A stretch of 64,000 bases of DNA from Tubiluchus corallicola (Eukaryota; Animalia; Priapulida). Numbering within the stretch: position 1 is the stretch's first letter; every line of letters begins with the position of its first letter. Below are positions 1-13,442 of the stretch, piece after piece. Both the position numbers and the translations under genes were made by a program. The stretch covers positions 9,973 to 73,972 of the forward strand of contig JAQGDQ010000979.1 in assembly GCA_030141605.1 (NCBI GenBank). Reading direction: 5' to 3'. The notes below the pieces were generated by a model that ran no database searches, had not been told where the DNA came from, and was given only the letters and a program-made list of their open reading frames with translations.

Positions 1-820
<820 letters not shown>

Positions 821-1830
821 TATAAAAGTACATTCAATAGAACTTTGTGCACAACGTTATTAATACCTAGCACTACTCGTACATTAGTGATAACCAACAC
901 GCTTGAACGGTGGCTAATTTGGCACTCGTCAAGAGTCAAACAACACGGAATGTTCTGAGGACGAATCCCGACTGGGCTGGAAGTCAATTTAATGAGATGT
1001 GAATGGTCAATTCTTTGTCAGATGATTGCGGTGTGAACGGTGCTTAATAAGTCCTGTTTACCTTCGTGCCCCTTGCAAATATAGAAACTGGTGCTGAATT
1101 AAGTTCTTTATTCATCAGTGATCACGTGATGTAGAATAAATACTCATATCACTGATTAACGGAACGTGGTACGTTTGGATGAAATTCAACCAGCATTAGG
1201 CTTTCTGTTGTGAGTGATAAACAAGAAGCCAGGAACAAGCACATGATTGAAATGCCTAGTTGCCTAAAAACAGTGCGATGCCGCGCTTGGCCGATTTCAA
1301 ATGTACTCTCAAAGATATGTGTTGCCAACAACTGCCCTGGAAACTAAGTAAGCACCCATATAAGATATCTCTTTTGGAAGACACTTTAAACTGACACGTT
1401 TACCAAAGTTAGGCATCATCAGGCTTGGTTTGCAAAAAGTTTGAAAAGGTCTGAACAATCATCCGGTTTTCATTTATGCATGTGGATTTGCAACATCAGT
1501 AATACGGCACTACCATACCATTTGTTTGGTAATTTACTTCACACGGTGCTGCTATTCCTAGCCACATTACGTTGTATAAGATCAGAATTTCCTCTTCTCT
1601 TCCTGTGTGGATATTGACGGCGTTATTTGATGAGCTCTCATCACGTCCTGTTACTATAAAAGCGCCGTGTTAACTGCTTTTTTAATTAAACTTTGTCACG
1701 TCTTCCTGTCCGCTATTAATTATTCAAGATCCAATCACTGAGCGAACATTACACAAACATCCTTGAGAAGCCCTATATTCCTTGCATCTATTGCCTAAGC
1801 GTGGTTGCGATTAGAGTGTTTTACATGAAT

Positions 1831-2080
1831 GTAGTGGTAGTGGTAGTGGTAGTGGTAGTGGTAGTGGTAGTGGTAGTGGCAGTGGTAGTAGTGGTGGTAG
1901 TGGTAGTGGTAGTAGTAGTAGTGGTAGTAACAGTAGTAGTAGTGGTGGGGGCAGTAAAGGTAGCGGTGGTAGTAGTAGTTGTAGTAGTGGTGGGGGCAGT
2001 AGTGGTAGGGGTAGTGGTAGTGGTAGTGGTAGTGGCAGTGGTAGTTGTTGTTGTGGTGGTGGCAGTAGTGATAGCGGTGG
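1831..2080. repeat. (GTAGTG)n / GTR-type microsatellite
   Basis: Direct reading of gtagtg hexamers degenerating into gta/gtg/gtt triplets. Confidence 0.93.
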
Positions 2081-2397
2081 ACCATCAACACCGGTCCCGA
2101 TTTTTCATTACGTTTTTCCTATGTAAAAATCTTCGGATATAAGGGACGATATCTTCAGGTCTCGCGTAATAGAAACACATGTAAATTACCTCGCATATAA
2201 GGGAGCCTATGGTCAAAGCAAAATTGATTGATTTTTAACCTCAATTTTTCACAAACTCGGCCTTCGAACAGCTCGGTTTCTGCAGTCACATACATCTCGC
2301 ATCACTAAAGGAGCTTTCTACATGCTGTTTGCACTAAATGTGTAGCAATAATCCATACAAATATGGGTAAAAGTACAGGTCTGGATACACCCTCGGT

Positions 2398-2488
2398 CTG
2401 ACTCAACTTCGGCTATAATGGGACATCGGATATAATGGACGGTTTTTTCCTGTCCCGAGGTGCCCCGTATATCCGAGGTTGACTTTAT
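2398..2488. mobile_element. Degenerate pogo/Tigger-type (Tc1/mariner) MITE remnant
   Basis: Imperfect inverted ends ...tcaacttcggctataa / tatatccgaggttgact around an internal 'gtcccgagg' motif typical of Tigger-like MITEs; no clear TSD. Confidence 0.45.
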
Positions 2489-3234
2489 GAAGCAAATGTG
2501 CACAGGAGTTTTATGGCAGTGTAATGGAATTTACATTTGTCTAAAAACCTCAATTTTTAAATAATTATGCGTTTTACCGGGTCAAATACGTAGTAATCAT
2601 TTTCGCCATCTTTTTTGCTTTTGCTGTTGCTGTTATTGTTGTTGCAATTCACAATGTCACAAACGTTTCCTGGTTTTTGTGGGTTTGCTTGCGTTTCATT
2701 AATCCTAAGTGCTTGTGGTGTGCTACCGTGCAAGCACTGGCCTGAGCTCTGTGTATTTACTATTTATATAAACTGATGTCCCAATTTGACGTTGACATTT
2801 TAACATCCTTACAAAAAGAAGAACAACGATTATTACGTCAACAATGTAAGACTGCATTCTTGCGTAGGGTTCATTGTTTACTTTCATTGTTGCATCTGCC
2901 ATCGTTCTGATTAATCTGTGATTTGCCATGACAGCTTAATTGTGATTTAGTACGCGGTAAACAAGATTTTCGGTTTTTCAGATTTTGATTACAAGGGGGA
3001 TTACATTTGACTTTAACAAACAACAAATCATTTAATCCTTTTCAACACTATTTAAGTTGCTTGTGTGTTTTAACGAACTGTCTAGTTTAGAGTTAGCAGC
3101 TGACAAACACATAAAAATGTACAAGTTTAAATGTCTCTGTACCTGGTAGACCATCTAGAGTCTAGACGTATCTAAAGCTCAGTTTTCCACTGATAAAATG
3201 TGAAAAAGGATTAAAACATTAGAAAACCTACTGA

Positions 3235-3356
3235 CACAACAATACCAACAACAGCATCATCAACAACAACGACAACAATGCAGTAACTGCAACAACAACG
3301 ACAACAATGGCAGCAACTGCAACGACAGGAATGACAACAATGGCAGCAACTACAGC

Positions 3357-3421
<65 letters not shown>

Positions 3422-3707
3422 CTACAACAACAACAACAACAACAACAACAAGGGTGGCAACTGCAACAACAACAACAAAAACAAGGGTGGCAACTACAAC
3501 TACAACAACGACAAAAATGGCAGCAACTGCAACTACAACAACGACAACAATGGCAGCAACTGCAACAACAACAACAATGGCAGCAACTGCAACAACAACA
3601 ACAATGGCAGCAACTGCAACAACAACAACAATGGCAGCAACTACAACAACAACAACAACAAGGGCGGCAACTGCAACTACAACAAGGACAACAATGGCAG
3701 CAACTGC

Positions 3708-3771
<64 letters not shown>

Positions 3772-3952
3772 GCAGCAACTGAAACAACAACAGTAACAAC
3801 AATGGCAGCAATGCTATCAGCAGCAACATTATCAATAGCAACAACAATCACAGCAACAACAGTAAAAACAACGACAACAATGACAGCAATAACAACAGCA
3901 ACAACAACAGAATAATAACAGCAACAACACCGACAATGACAATGACAACAGT
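3235..3952. repeat. Compound (AAC)n microsatellite with a recurring atggcagcaactgc interruption
   Basis: Direct reading; poly-Thr/poly-Val ORFs are artefacts. Confidence 0.95.
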
Positions 3953-4448
3953 AAGTTACTGCCACCGCCTAAACAAAGCAAACGTAAATAGGATTTGTTT
4001 CCTTTAACACGCATTATAAAAGTTACCGTTATTATCATGAATTTTAAAATGTATTTTCTATTAATATGTTGTGTCATTTTGGCTAATTGACTCAAACAGT
4101 TCTTGCCAAATGCACAGTTATAGTCAAACAAACCGCAAGGATTGTTATTCTAATCATCCTTCATCTGCATAATAACTGCAAACTGAAAAAACAGTATCAG
4201 ATTTTCACGTCAAACCTGATTGATGGCTTTAAAACGAGGTTTAGTTTTCGCCAAAAAGAACAACAAAAACGCTGACGTTGAAATTGTTTTCATTGTAATT
4301 CAACGCACGACGACGTTTTGCATGAACGTGCCTCGGCGCGCTGTCATCATTTCAAACGTGTAATGACAGCTGTGAGCTCGAGTTTGGAATTATGCCTAAT
4401 CCAGCTCAAATCTGATCGTGTAATTCGATGTTTTTGTTTTTGTTTCAG

Positions 4449-4523
4449 ACGTGATTTACATTGGGATTACGATCATCTGGTGATTTATCTGTCTCTCTGC
4501 GGTGGGCAAAGGATTCGGGTTCT
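4449..4523 (+). other. Candidate 75-nt exon (possibly non-coding)
   Basis: Strong acceptor tgtttttgtttttgtttcag| and strong donor |gtaagt; only one of three frames is open (RDLHWDYDHLVIYLSLCGGQRIRV), no recognisable homology. Confidence 0.4.
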
Positions 4524-4597
4524 GTAAGTACACGGCATTTCGTTGCGCATTTTTGTAGATATTGATATTTTTCAACACCTCGGTACCTTCAAAGCCT

Positions 4598-4938
4598 CTA
4601 TAAAAGTTAACAACTGTTCCTTATATTTAAATAATTAGCTTAGAAATTTCATTAACGGCAACCGAACACAGCTATTGCTTACATCAAACTAACCTCAGTT
4701 TGTATAATGGCAGGCGTCTTGCCTTGCACGTCAAACACATTTGCGTGAGTGTTACACTACTGATGTCGCGAAAAATCGGGTCTACATCATATGACGTCAG
4801 AAACTAACCTCAGTTTGGGTAATGGCAGGCGTCTTCCCTTGCACGTCAAGCACATTTGCATGAGTTTTACAGTACTATTTAAACGCGTGATGTCATGAAA
4901 AATGGGCTCTACATCATATGATGTCACAAACTAACCTC
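4598..4938 (-). mobile_element. Partial inverted copy of TTAA-flanked MITE family A
   Basis: Reverse complement of ~5190-5555 (aaactaacctcagtttg, ggcaaccgaacac, aattagcttagaaa). Confidence 0.8.
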
Positions 4939-4973
4939 TCTAATAAGCACTTCACGGCGCAGAGCATGTTTAA

Positions 4974-5624
4974 AGGAAAACCAGATGATTGTGTAAACAT
5001 TAGTTCAGAATAAAGAATGCTCTAAAATATTGAAAACTGCAAAAGCTTTTTTTAAATCAAAGCTTAGATTAAATAATAATTACCTCGGATACTCAAATTT
5101 CGTTAAATTTTGAGCTACGCGCGGCTCAGTGAATCTGCTAAGACTGGCAACAACGCCTTTTTGTCACATTCGCATGGCTGACATGTAGAAGATGCCTGCC
5201 ATTACACAAACTGAGGTTAGTTTGTGACGTCATATGATGCAGAGTCGATTTTTCGTGACATCACGTGTTTAAACAGTACTGTAACACTGTGTGCTTGACG
5301 TGCAAGGGAAGATGCCTGCCATTACACAAACAGAGGTTAGTTTGTGACGTCATATGATGTAGAGTCGATTTTTCGTCGTGACATCACGTGTTTGAACAGT
5401 ACTGTAACACTGTGTGCTTGACGTGCAAGGGAAGATGCCTGCCATTACACAACTGTGGTTAGTTTCTGACGTAAGCAATAGTTGTGTTCGGTTGCCGTTA
5501 ATTAAATTTCTAAGCTAATTATTCAAATATAAGAAACAACTGCTAACTTTTATAGGCAAGAAAATGTATATTTTGGACAGTAAATTAAAATGAGATGGAG
5601 TCTAAACAATCATCCAGTTTTGCT
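4974..5624 (+). mobile_element. Non-autonomous DNA transposon, family A (Kolobok-like: TTAA flanks, AG...CT termini)
   Basis: TTAA at 4970-4973 and 5625-5628; imperfect TIR aggaaaaccagatgattg / caatcatccagttttgct; internal ~120-bp tandem unit; homologous copies at 22660-23145 and 35784-36316. Superfamily inferred from TTAA plus purine-starting termini. Confidence 0.75.
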
Positions 5625-5764
5625 TTAAACTTTGTTACTGTGTCTGATGATGGATACTACTTTCAATAACTTTCCGTAAACGTGCGCTTCTTAAATTAGT
5701 TCACACTTTTGTTCATGTAGAAATGTAACAGAATTAGTTGTCTAATTGTCACTTCTTACGTAAA

Positions 5765-6283
5765 AATAATGACGTATCTGGTGGACTTCGTGAGTTTTCG
5801 TAATAATGACGTAACTGGTGGACTTCGTGAGTTTTCGTAATAATGACGTAACTAGTGGACTTCGCGAGTTTTCGTATTAATGACGTAACTGGTGGACTTC
5901 GTGACTTTTCGTATTAATGACGTAACTGGTGGGCTTCGTGAGTTTTCGTAATAATGACTCAACTGGTAGACTTCGTGACTTTTCGTATTAATGACGTAAC
6001 TGGTGGATTTCGCGAGTTTTCGTAATAAGGACGTAACTGGTGGACTTCGTGAGTTTTCGTAATAATGACGTAACTGGTGGACTTCGTGAGTTTTCGTAAT
6101 AATGACGTAACTGGTGGACTTCGCGAGTTTTCGTAATAATGACGTAACTGGTGGACTTCGTGAGTTTTCGTAATAATGACGTAACTGGTGGACTTCGTGA
6201 CTTTTCGTATTAATGACGTAACTAGTGGACTTCGTGAGTTTTCGTAATAATGACGTAACTGGTAGACTTCGTGAATTTTCGTT
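5765..6283. repeat. 37-bp minisatellite, about 14 copies
   Basis: Unit taatgacgtaactggtggacttcgtgagttttcgtaa repeated head-to-tail with no spacers. Confidence 0.95.
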
Positions 6284-6580
6284 AAACGCCACCTGCTCAA
6301 TTAATTCAGACTTTTGCAGCTTAGCCGATGTAAAAGCTCGTAATTTACACTTTTTGAAATTGACAGTTTTACTGCTTCTCTTCAGCCAGTCACACCGTCA
6401 TTGAAGGAAGAATAGACGTTCAAAATGGCAGCGCTCAAGCGTGAAATGATCGCGACTTTCACAATCATTTTGCTAATTAAACGAGACGCTTATCGCTTTT
6501 TTAACATTAAATCCTTTTAACTTTTCTCGCGAACATTGAAATAATCTTGACTTCACGGAACTACTGGCCTTTCCTTAAAA

Positions 6581-7040
6581 CAGGGGTGTGCAAATTCTCT
6601 GACTAGCCTGGCCATATTAAACTTTCCCGCAATTCCTGCGGGCCACAGGCAGTTTGATCAAGGAGCCAAGTACAGAAGGGCCTAATAATGATTTTTTTGC
6701 ATCCGACCTGCGTACATCATTACTACTACACTCAAGAAACTATTTTAGAAGTTATTAAAATTTATATTACAAAGCACATATTTCTACGTTTAGGACAGAT
6801 AGTGGTAATTTCATTACAATGCATATTAGTAATGTGTATCAAACAGTCTGAGTGATATAGTGTTATTAAGCTACAACCGTCTTGTAAGGGGTAATGGTAT
6901 CCGATCTAGTAGAAAAAACTACCAGCACTATCTTTAGGATTGTGGCACGAACTTCAGCTGGATACACTCAATTAATCGCCTGGGCCGCACTTTCATTAGT
7001 TTGACAAGTCTCTCGGCGGGCCGCAATTTGCACACCCCTG
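6581..7040. mobile_element. hAT-superfamily (Charlie-like) MITE
   Basis: Perfect 16-bp TIR CAGGGGTGTGCAAATT / AATTTGCACACCCCTG; 8-bp TSD CCTTAAAA at 6573-6580 and 7041-7048; subterminal gcgggcc motifs. Confidence 0.92.
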
Positions 7041-7837
7041 CCTTAAAACGTGAGAGCAAAATCCCTTTCCCTTCATTACAAACTGTTAAAACTTCGCTTG
7101 AAGTGGCGCAAATACAGTGCTTTCATGTAGTACGAGTTTCACAAACAACTTGTAGTCTGTTAGCACGAACTCTTCGCTGGTGTCAAAGACAGGCAGTTCA
7201 ACACCCGAGAAGTTACTGCGAAATACCAGAGCAGAGGTTCGGTTACATTTGATTGCAAGGTCTTTGGTTCGAATCTAGACTGAGACTGACTTTTCACCTT
7301 TCCTTTTTTTCTGTTAGTTTTGAGTTCAAGATTTCGAATAATTATGGGTTCATCAATAAATAACTTTAGATTAAAATTTTGATTACGTAATAATTAATTT
7401 TCCTATTCACATTATTAAACAAGGAAATTTTTAGTATTTTGAAATTAAAGCCCGAAATCTGTTAGCTGCTAATTTTGTTAATCACGACTGATTTGATGCA
7501 CTTAATCTTCATTCAAAGACGTTATAAAATCACCTAGCCGATTATTTGTAAAAACTTATTATACTTTTGAGGGAAATCGACAGTGCCCTACATTTCTTCA
7601 GTCGATGTATGACGTCATTGGTGGAAGATTGGACGTTCAAAATGGGAGCGCCTTAGCTTGAAAAGATCAGTGCTTCAAAGAAGTAAAATGTTTCATGAAA
7701 CCATCAACGACTGACTTTAAAATGAATAAACTGTTGTGAAATTAATTGATTTTTTACTATTAAATATTTGATTAACTCTGTTTTATTTCAATAAAGGGCT
7801 CTATGACGTTGAGTTATACATTGATCCGCTTAATTAT

Positions 7838-8313
7838 AGCTACGCGCGGCTCAGTGAATCTACTAAGATTTGCAACGGCGCCTTTTTGTCATGTTCACGT
7901 GGCCGACATGTAGAAGATGCCTGCCATTACACAAACTGAGGTTAGTTTGTGACGTCATATGATGTAGACATCATATGATTTTTCGCGACATCACGCGCTT
8001 AAAAAGTACTGTAACACTCATGCAAATGTGCTTGACTTGCAAGGGAAGATGTCTGCCATTACACAAACTGAGGTTAGTTTGTGACGTCATATGATGTAGA
8101 CCCGATTTTTCGTGACATCATGCGTTTAAACAGTAGTGTAACACTCATGCAAATGTGTTTGACGTGCAAGGGAAGACGTCTGACATTACACAAACTGAGG
8201 TTAGTTTGTGATGTAAGCAATAGTTGTGTTCGGTTGCCGTTAATTAACTTTCTAAGCTAATTATTCAAATGTAGGAAACAACTGCTAACTTTTATAGCCA
8301 AGAAAATGTATAT
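7838..8313 (+). mobile_element. Truncated copy of MITE family A
   Basis: Matches 5112-5572 (agctacgcgcggctcagtgaatct ... caagaaaatgtata) including the internal tandem unit; both TIRs missing. Confidence 0.85.
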
Positions 8314-8422
8314 AGACAAATGAGGCTAAGCTATTTAGTCAAAAGAGTCGGTCCTGCGAGGCCGTTGAAGGCCTTGCACTACGTGGCTGTAAAGGGTTTC
8401 TTTGCATTTCTTCTCTGACTGT

Positions 8423-8800
8423 TTAAAGGACAAGAAAAGGGGTATCTGAAGGAGGTTTCAGAAAAATCACCTTAAAGATTATATTACTTTTCAGCAACTT
8501 TATGCGTATTTCTTACTCGCATTGAAAGGAATTTTTGTTTGTTTTCATTTTAAATCTCCCGCAATACTGTTTCACTACGCCACGTAAATCAGGGGAAGAA
8601 AAGAAAATGTTAAATTATGACCTAAAACTTTCCATGCAAATCTATATTACTTAACATTTCGCTTACCTGCTGGAAAGACTTATGTAACTAGACTAATAAT
8701 TTAAAATGTTTGTGCCAATTGGTAAAATGTCGCTGACTCACCCTCCAGGGTGCGCCACTCACTAGCCAAAAACGTATTTTTAATCTTATTGACAAGATAC
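8423..8800 (+). mobile_element. MITE family C fragment (TTAA-AGG terminus)
   Basis: Begins ttaaaggacaagaaaagggg; reverse-complement homologues at ~32890-33300 and ~33515-33672. Confidence 0.65.
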
Positions 8801-9384
8801 AGTAATTTAAAATTTTACTTAATTAGCAACATGTATGCTACGAATGCTCTGATTATTTTTTCAAACTTTACTTAATGTTATCAAAATTTGTTTCAAACGA
8901 CACACCATTAAAATGGCTGCGCTAACGGTCATCGCGGGAGTTTAAATTTACACGTTTTATACAGCGTTACGGCCGATGCAAGCCATGCATACAAAAAGGC
9001 AGTATGTAAGTGGTATAAAATTTCGAGACGAATTTTTAAGCTTTATGTAAGTGCAGGGTTTTCTTGTGCTTTACGAACAATCAAAACATACTATTTTTAC
9101 TTTGCAGCGTTTCCCCGGAAATCCTGGGCAATTTGACGTCTCTGCAATTTCTCTCCGCTTTATTTTTCTCCACTTTCGTCGAATGAAATTATTGAGGGAT
9201 AAAATACAATCAGGGGATATTTTATTGCCATTTTATGCAATGCGAAAGTGTTATCAACTGCTATACGTAACAGAGTGGAAAATTTGTATTTTCAATTCGT
9301 CCTGCTGTCATTTAACAATGTGCTGATCGGTGTAAGAACACACGTTAAGGATTTGTCATTTATTTCATACATGTTTAGTACATT

Positions 9385-9901
9385 ACAATGGCAGCAATGC
9401 CAACAGCAGCAACAATAACAACAATAACAGCAACATTAACAACAATAACAGCAACATCAACAATAGCAACAACAACCGCAGCAACAACAGCAAAAAAACA
9501 ACAATAAGAACAACAAGAACAAGAACAACAACAATAACGACAACAACAGCAACATTAACAATCGCAACAACAACCGCAGCAACAACAGTAAAAACAACAA
9601 TAAGAACAAGAAGAACAAGAACAACAACAATAACGACAACAACAGCAACATTAACAATAGCAACAACAATAAGAACAACAAGAACAAGAATAACAACAAT
9701 AACGACAACAACAGCAACATTAACAATAGCAACAGCAACCACAGCAACAACACTAAAAACAACAATAAGAACAACAATAACAACAACAACAACAATAACG
9801 ACAACAACAGCAACATTAACAATAGCAACAACAATCACAGCAACAACAACAATAACAGCAATAACAACAGCAACAACACTGATAATGACAATGACAACAG
9901 T
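9385..9901. repeat. Compound (AAC/AAT/AGC)n microsatellite with higher-order units
   Basis: Direct reading; shares its 3' terminal signature with the 3235-3952 array. Confidence 0.93.
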
Positions 9902-9909
9902 GATGTTCT

Positions 9910-10052
9910 GTATTCGGTTGCCGTTAATTAACTTTCTAGGGTAATTACTTCAATATTAGAAACAATTACCAACTTTTATAGGCAACAAAAGTATTTGTTT
10001 GGGCAGTAAATTAAAATGAGATTAAGTCTAATCAGTCGTCCGGTTTTCCTTT
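9910..10052 (+). mobile_element. 3' terminal fragment of MITE family A
   Basis: ttcggttgccgttaattaactttcta ... gtccggttttccttta matches the right end of 4974-5624. Confidence 0.75.
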
Positions 10053-10344
10053 AGGTAGTTCGATTTACTTGTTGCCAAATGTGCGCCAAACTAGGCGCCA
10101 AATGCAAATTTTGTTTGTGTGCATTTAGCAGGTTGTTGTCATATTTGTTTATAATAGAAGAAAAGTACACAAAATCGATTTACATGAGTTCCAGGCGTAC
10201 ACGCTCGTGAAATTTCTAAAATGTAGCTGCTGTTATAGTGTTAGATAAAAGCAAATCCGTCTTAAAATCTTCCCGGTTGTTGAAGATGTTGAAATCGATT
10301 TCAATTACAGTATTATGCTCTAACTCTAAGCGGGAGTCATTCGA

Positions 10345-10560
10345 TCAGTCAGTCAGTCAGTAAGTCAGTCAGGCAGTCAGTCAGTCAGTCAGTCAGTCAA
10401 TCAGTCACTTAATCAATCGATCAATCAATCAATCAGTCGGTCAGTCAATAAGTCAGTCAGTCAGTCAGTTAATCAATCGATTAATTAATCAATCAGTCGG
10501 TCAATCAATCAATTAAACAGACAGACAAGCAGACAATCTATCAGTCAATCAACGAATCAA
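10345..10560. repeat. (CAGT/CAAT)n tetranucleotide microsatellite
   Basis: Direct reading. Confidence 0.9.
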
Positions 10561-10829
10561 AGAACATACAGATCACAAGTTTTGCCTTTTTATAGAAGAA
10601 CGTTTTCTTTCTCTCTTTTTGCCCTTTCGTAAACCAGTTTGTAGAATGTAGACGGACTATTTTCATTCAAAACATGATTGTGACTTAGACCCAATCCCCT
10701 GTCATTCTTCGTCGAGGAATCTCATGGCAGAGGGATTTGCACGGGAATTAGTGTTCTAAAATAAATCGCACGACGACTGCCAAATAAAATAAATTCAAAT
10801 TGTCTCTATCTGATCGATAATATTGAATT

Positions 10830-11100
10830 GAATATGTCTTACATAGACCTGCCTAGTGCACATTCCTGGATATATGATCTTTGGCAACTAGTTCCTACTC
10901 ATAGAATGCCCTTACAGGAAGAGGAATATGTCTTACATAGACCTGCCTAGTGCACATTCCTGGATATATGTAGTTCCTACTCATACAATGCCCTTACAGG
11001 AAGAGGAATATGTCTTACATAGACCTGCCCAGTGCACATTCCTGGATATATGATCTTTGGCAATTCGTTCCTACTCATATAATGCCCTTAAAGGAAGAGG
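10830..11100. repeat. ~94-bp tandem repeat, 3 copies (middle copy has a deletion)
   Basis: gaatatgtcttacatagacctgcc at 10830, 10924 and 11006. Confidence 0.9.
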
Positions 11101-11780
11101 ATTCCTGTTCCAAATTCCTCCGTGACAAAAAGAACCAATCCGGTATCCTAGTTCCGCTAACTTTTTGGAAAAAAGAACCAAGTTCAGTTCAAAGTTCTTC
11201 AGTGTCAAAATAATCAATTCAAGTTTCTAAAAAGAAACTAGTTCCATTTCCCATTTCTTTGGCAAGAAAAGAACTAATTCCTGCCATGATAAAAGGAACC
11301 AATCCAATATCCTAGTTCCTCTAACTTTTTGGAAAAAGGAACCAAGTCCATTTCAAAGTTTTGGTGTCAGAAGAATCAATTCAAGTTTTTAAAAATAAAC
11401 TATTTCCATTTCCTATTTCTTTGGTAAGAAAAGAACTAATTCCTCACTGGATAAAAGGAAAATTCTACGCCAAGTTCCTAGTTACACAAAGTTGTTCAGT
11501 GCCAAAGGTGCTAATTCAGTTTGTGGACTGTAGTACCATTAAGTTTTTAAAAAAGGACTATTTCTATGTCCCATTTCTCTTGCAAGGAAAAACGAATCCC
11601 TTATCAAGGTTCCTCGTGTTGCATAGGAAAGGATCCCATGTTTCCTACTCCTCTGACTTTTTGGAAAATTGAAGTAACTCAACGTAGTTCCATTAATGTT
11701 TTCGGAAATGAACTAATTCCGGCTTGAACTTTCATTTTCTTAATAGTATGAAAAGCAGTTTCAGTTCCATGTTCAAAGAT

Positions 11781-12040
11781 CTTGATTAGCCTAGCTGACT
11801 TGCCTTACTTATTGCCAGCATTGCCATCATTGCCGGTACTTCATGTCCCAAAGGTGGAAATATCACAGGAAGAGTCTACAAGAGCCTTTGCTTCAATTTC
11901 GCCTGAAAAGTTCTTGATTAGCCTAGCTGACTTGCATTACTTATTGCCAGTATTGCCAGCATTGCCGGTACTTCATGTCTCAAAGGTGGAAATATCACAG
12001 GAAGCCTCTACAAGAGCCTTTGCTTCAATTCCGCCTGAAA
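11781..12040. repeat. 132-bp tandem duplication
   Basis: cttgattagcctagctgacttgc at 11781 and 11913. Confidence 0.9.
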
Positions 12041-12679
12041 ATCGCCACTTTTATGACTCTTCTCTCGCTGGTTTCTCGCGTAATGCGAAGTAAAACTTGT
12101 TTCAGATTTTTGATTGCGATTGATTTTTCCCCGCACCACTCTTGCCAGACTAATAAATGGCTTCGGTGATGTAAAATCGTGCATATAAACCACGTAGGTA
12201 GTACACGAAGCCATACACGAAGCCATACATGACTTCCTGGAAAACTGCAGCCCATTGAAGAAGATAAACCCAACAACGAGCTTTTTATTGCGCATTTAAC
12301 AAATACGTAAACTTGTCTTGTGGTAAATGGGCTAGGAAGATCAACGTGAAGAATGTTCCCTAAAATTTCACCTCCTGTTCATTCATCCAGGACAGGATAG
12401 TAAGAGTGGAGAGTTGTATTCCTTATTTAACGATTTAGCATCTTGCACGGCTTTGTTGTTATCTTTTTTATGTTCATTACCATCATCATCATCATCATCT
12501 TCATCACCCTCGGTGTCTTCTTCACCGTTACCTTTTTTTGGTTTTCTCCATTATCAATCTACTTGCATTTTGCATTCCCTTGTCCTTAATGACTTTGATT
12601 TCATCCACATTGATATACTTGAAGTCCTAAACTCAGTAAAGTTTATAGCGTCGTTAGCATAACCGTTATGGTAGTCAAA

Positions 12680-13135
12680 ATCATCATCATCATCGTCGTC
12701 GTCGTCGTCATCGTCATTATCGTCATCATCATCATCATCATCACATCATATCAGTGACAAGAGCAGAACCATTACCATCATCATCATTATTGACCTTCAA
12801 TGTCATCAGCATCGTCATCATCATCATCATCATCATCATCATCACCATTATCATCATCGTCATCATTATCATCATCATCATATCAGTTTCAAGAGAAGCA
12901 GCATCACCATCATCATCATCATTATTGACTTTCAATTTCATCATCGTCATCATCATCATCATCGTCGTTATCGTCATTATTATCGTCATTATCGTCATCA
13001 TCATCACTATCATCATCATCATCATCATCGTATCCGTGACAAGAGAAGCACCGTCACCATCATCATCATTCTTGACCTTCATTGTCATCAGCATCTTCAT
13101 CATCATCATCATCATTATCGACTTTCAATGTCATC
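12680..13135. repeat. (CAT)n microsatellite with three higher-order cassettes
   Basis: Unique spacers atatc(a/c)gt..caagag..gca and ttgac(c/t)ttcaat recur three times inside cat/cgt triplets. Confidence 0.9.
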
Positions 13136-13194
13136 GCTGCTGCTGTTAAAAATAAAAGCATTTCGTGTTATTGCCTAATTGATGTAAACGTTTC

Positions 13195-13442
13195 GTTGCA
13201 TTGTTTTCGTTGCATTCTTTGTTGCATTGTTTTTGTTGCATTCTTTGGTGCATTGTTTTTGTTGCGTTGTTTTTGTTGCATTGTTTGTTGCATTGTTTTT
13301 GTTGCATTGTTTGTTGCATTGTTTTTGTTGCATTGTTTATTGCATTGTGTTTGTTGCATTGTGTTTGTTGCATTGTTTTTGTTGCATTGTTTGTTGCATT
13401 GTTTTGTTGCACTGTTTTGTTGCATTGTTTGTTGCATTGTTT
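13195..13442. repeat. 13-16-bp degenerate minisatellite (tgttgcattgttt)
   Basis: Direct reading. Confidence 0.9.

Noticed and set aside
955-990. CTGAGGA...GGAAG as a minimal hammerhead; similar CTGAAGA motifs at ~55847 (+) and ~63200 (-)
   Set aside because: Core motif incomplete or stem II does not pair at its base.
5765-6283. CRISPR-like array (37-bp repeats); likewise the 33-, 44- and 49-bp arrays
   Set aside because: Units are contiguous with no unique spacers, there are no cas genes, and the context is eukaryotic.
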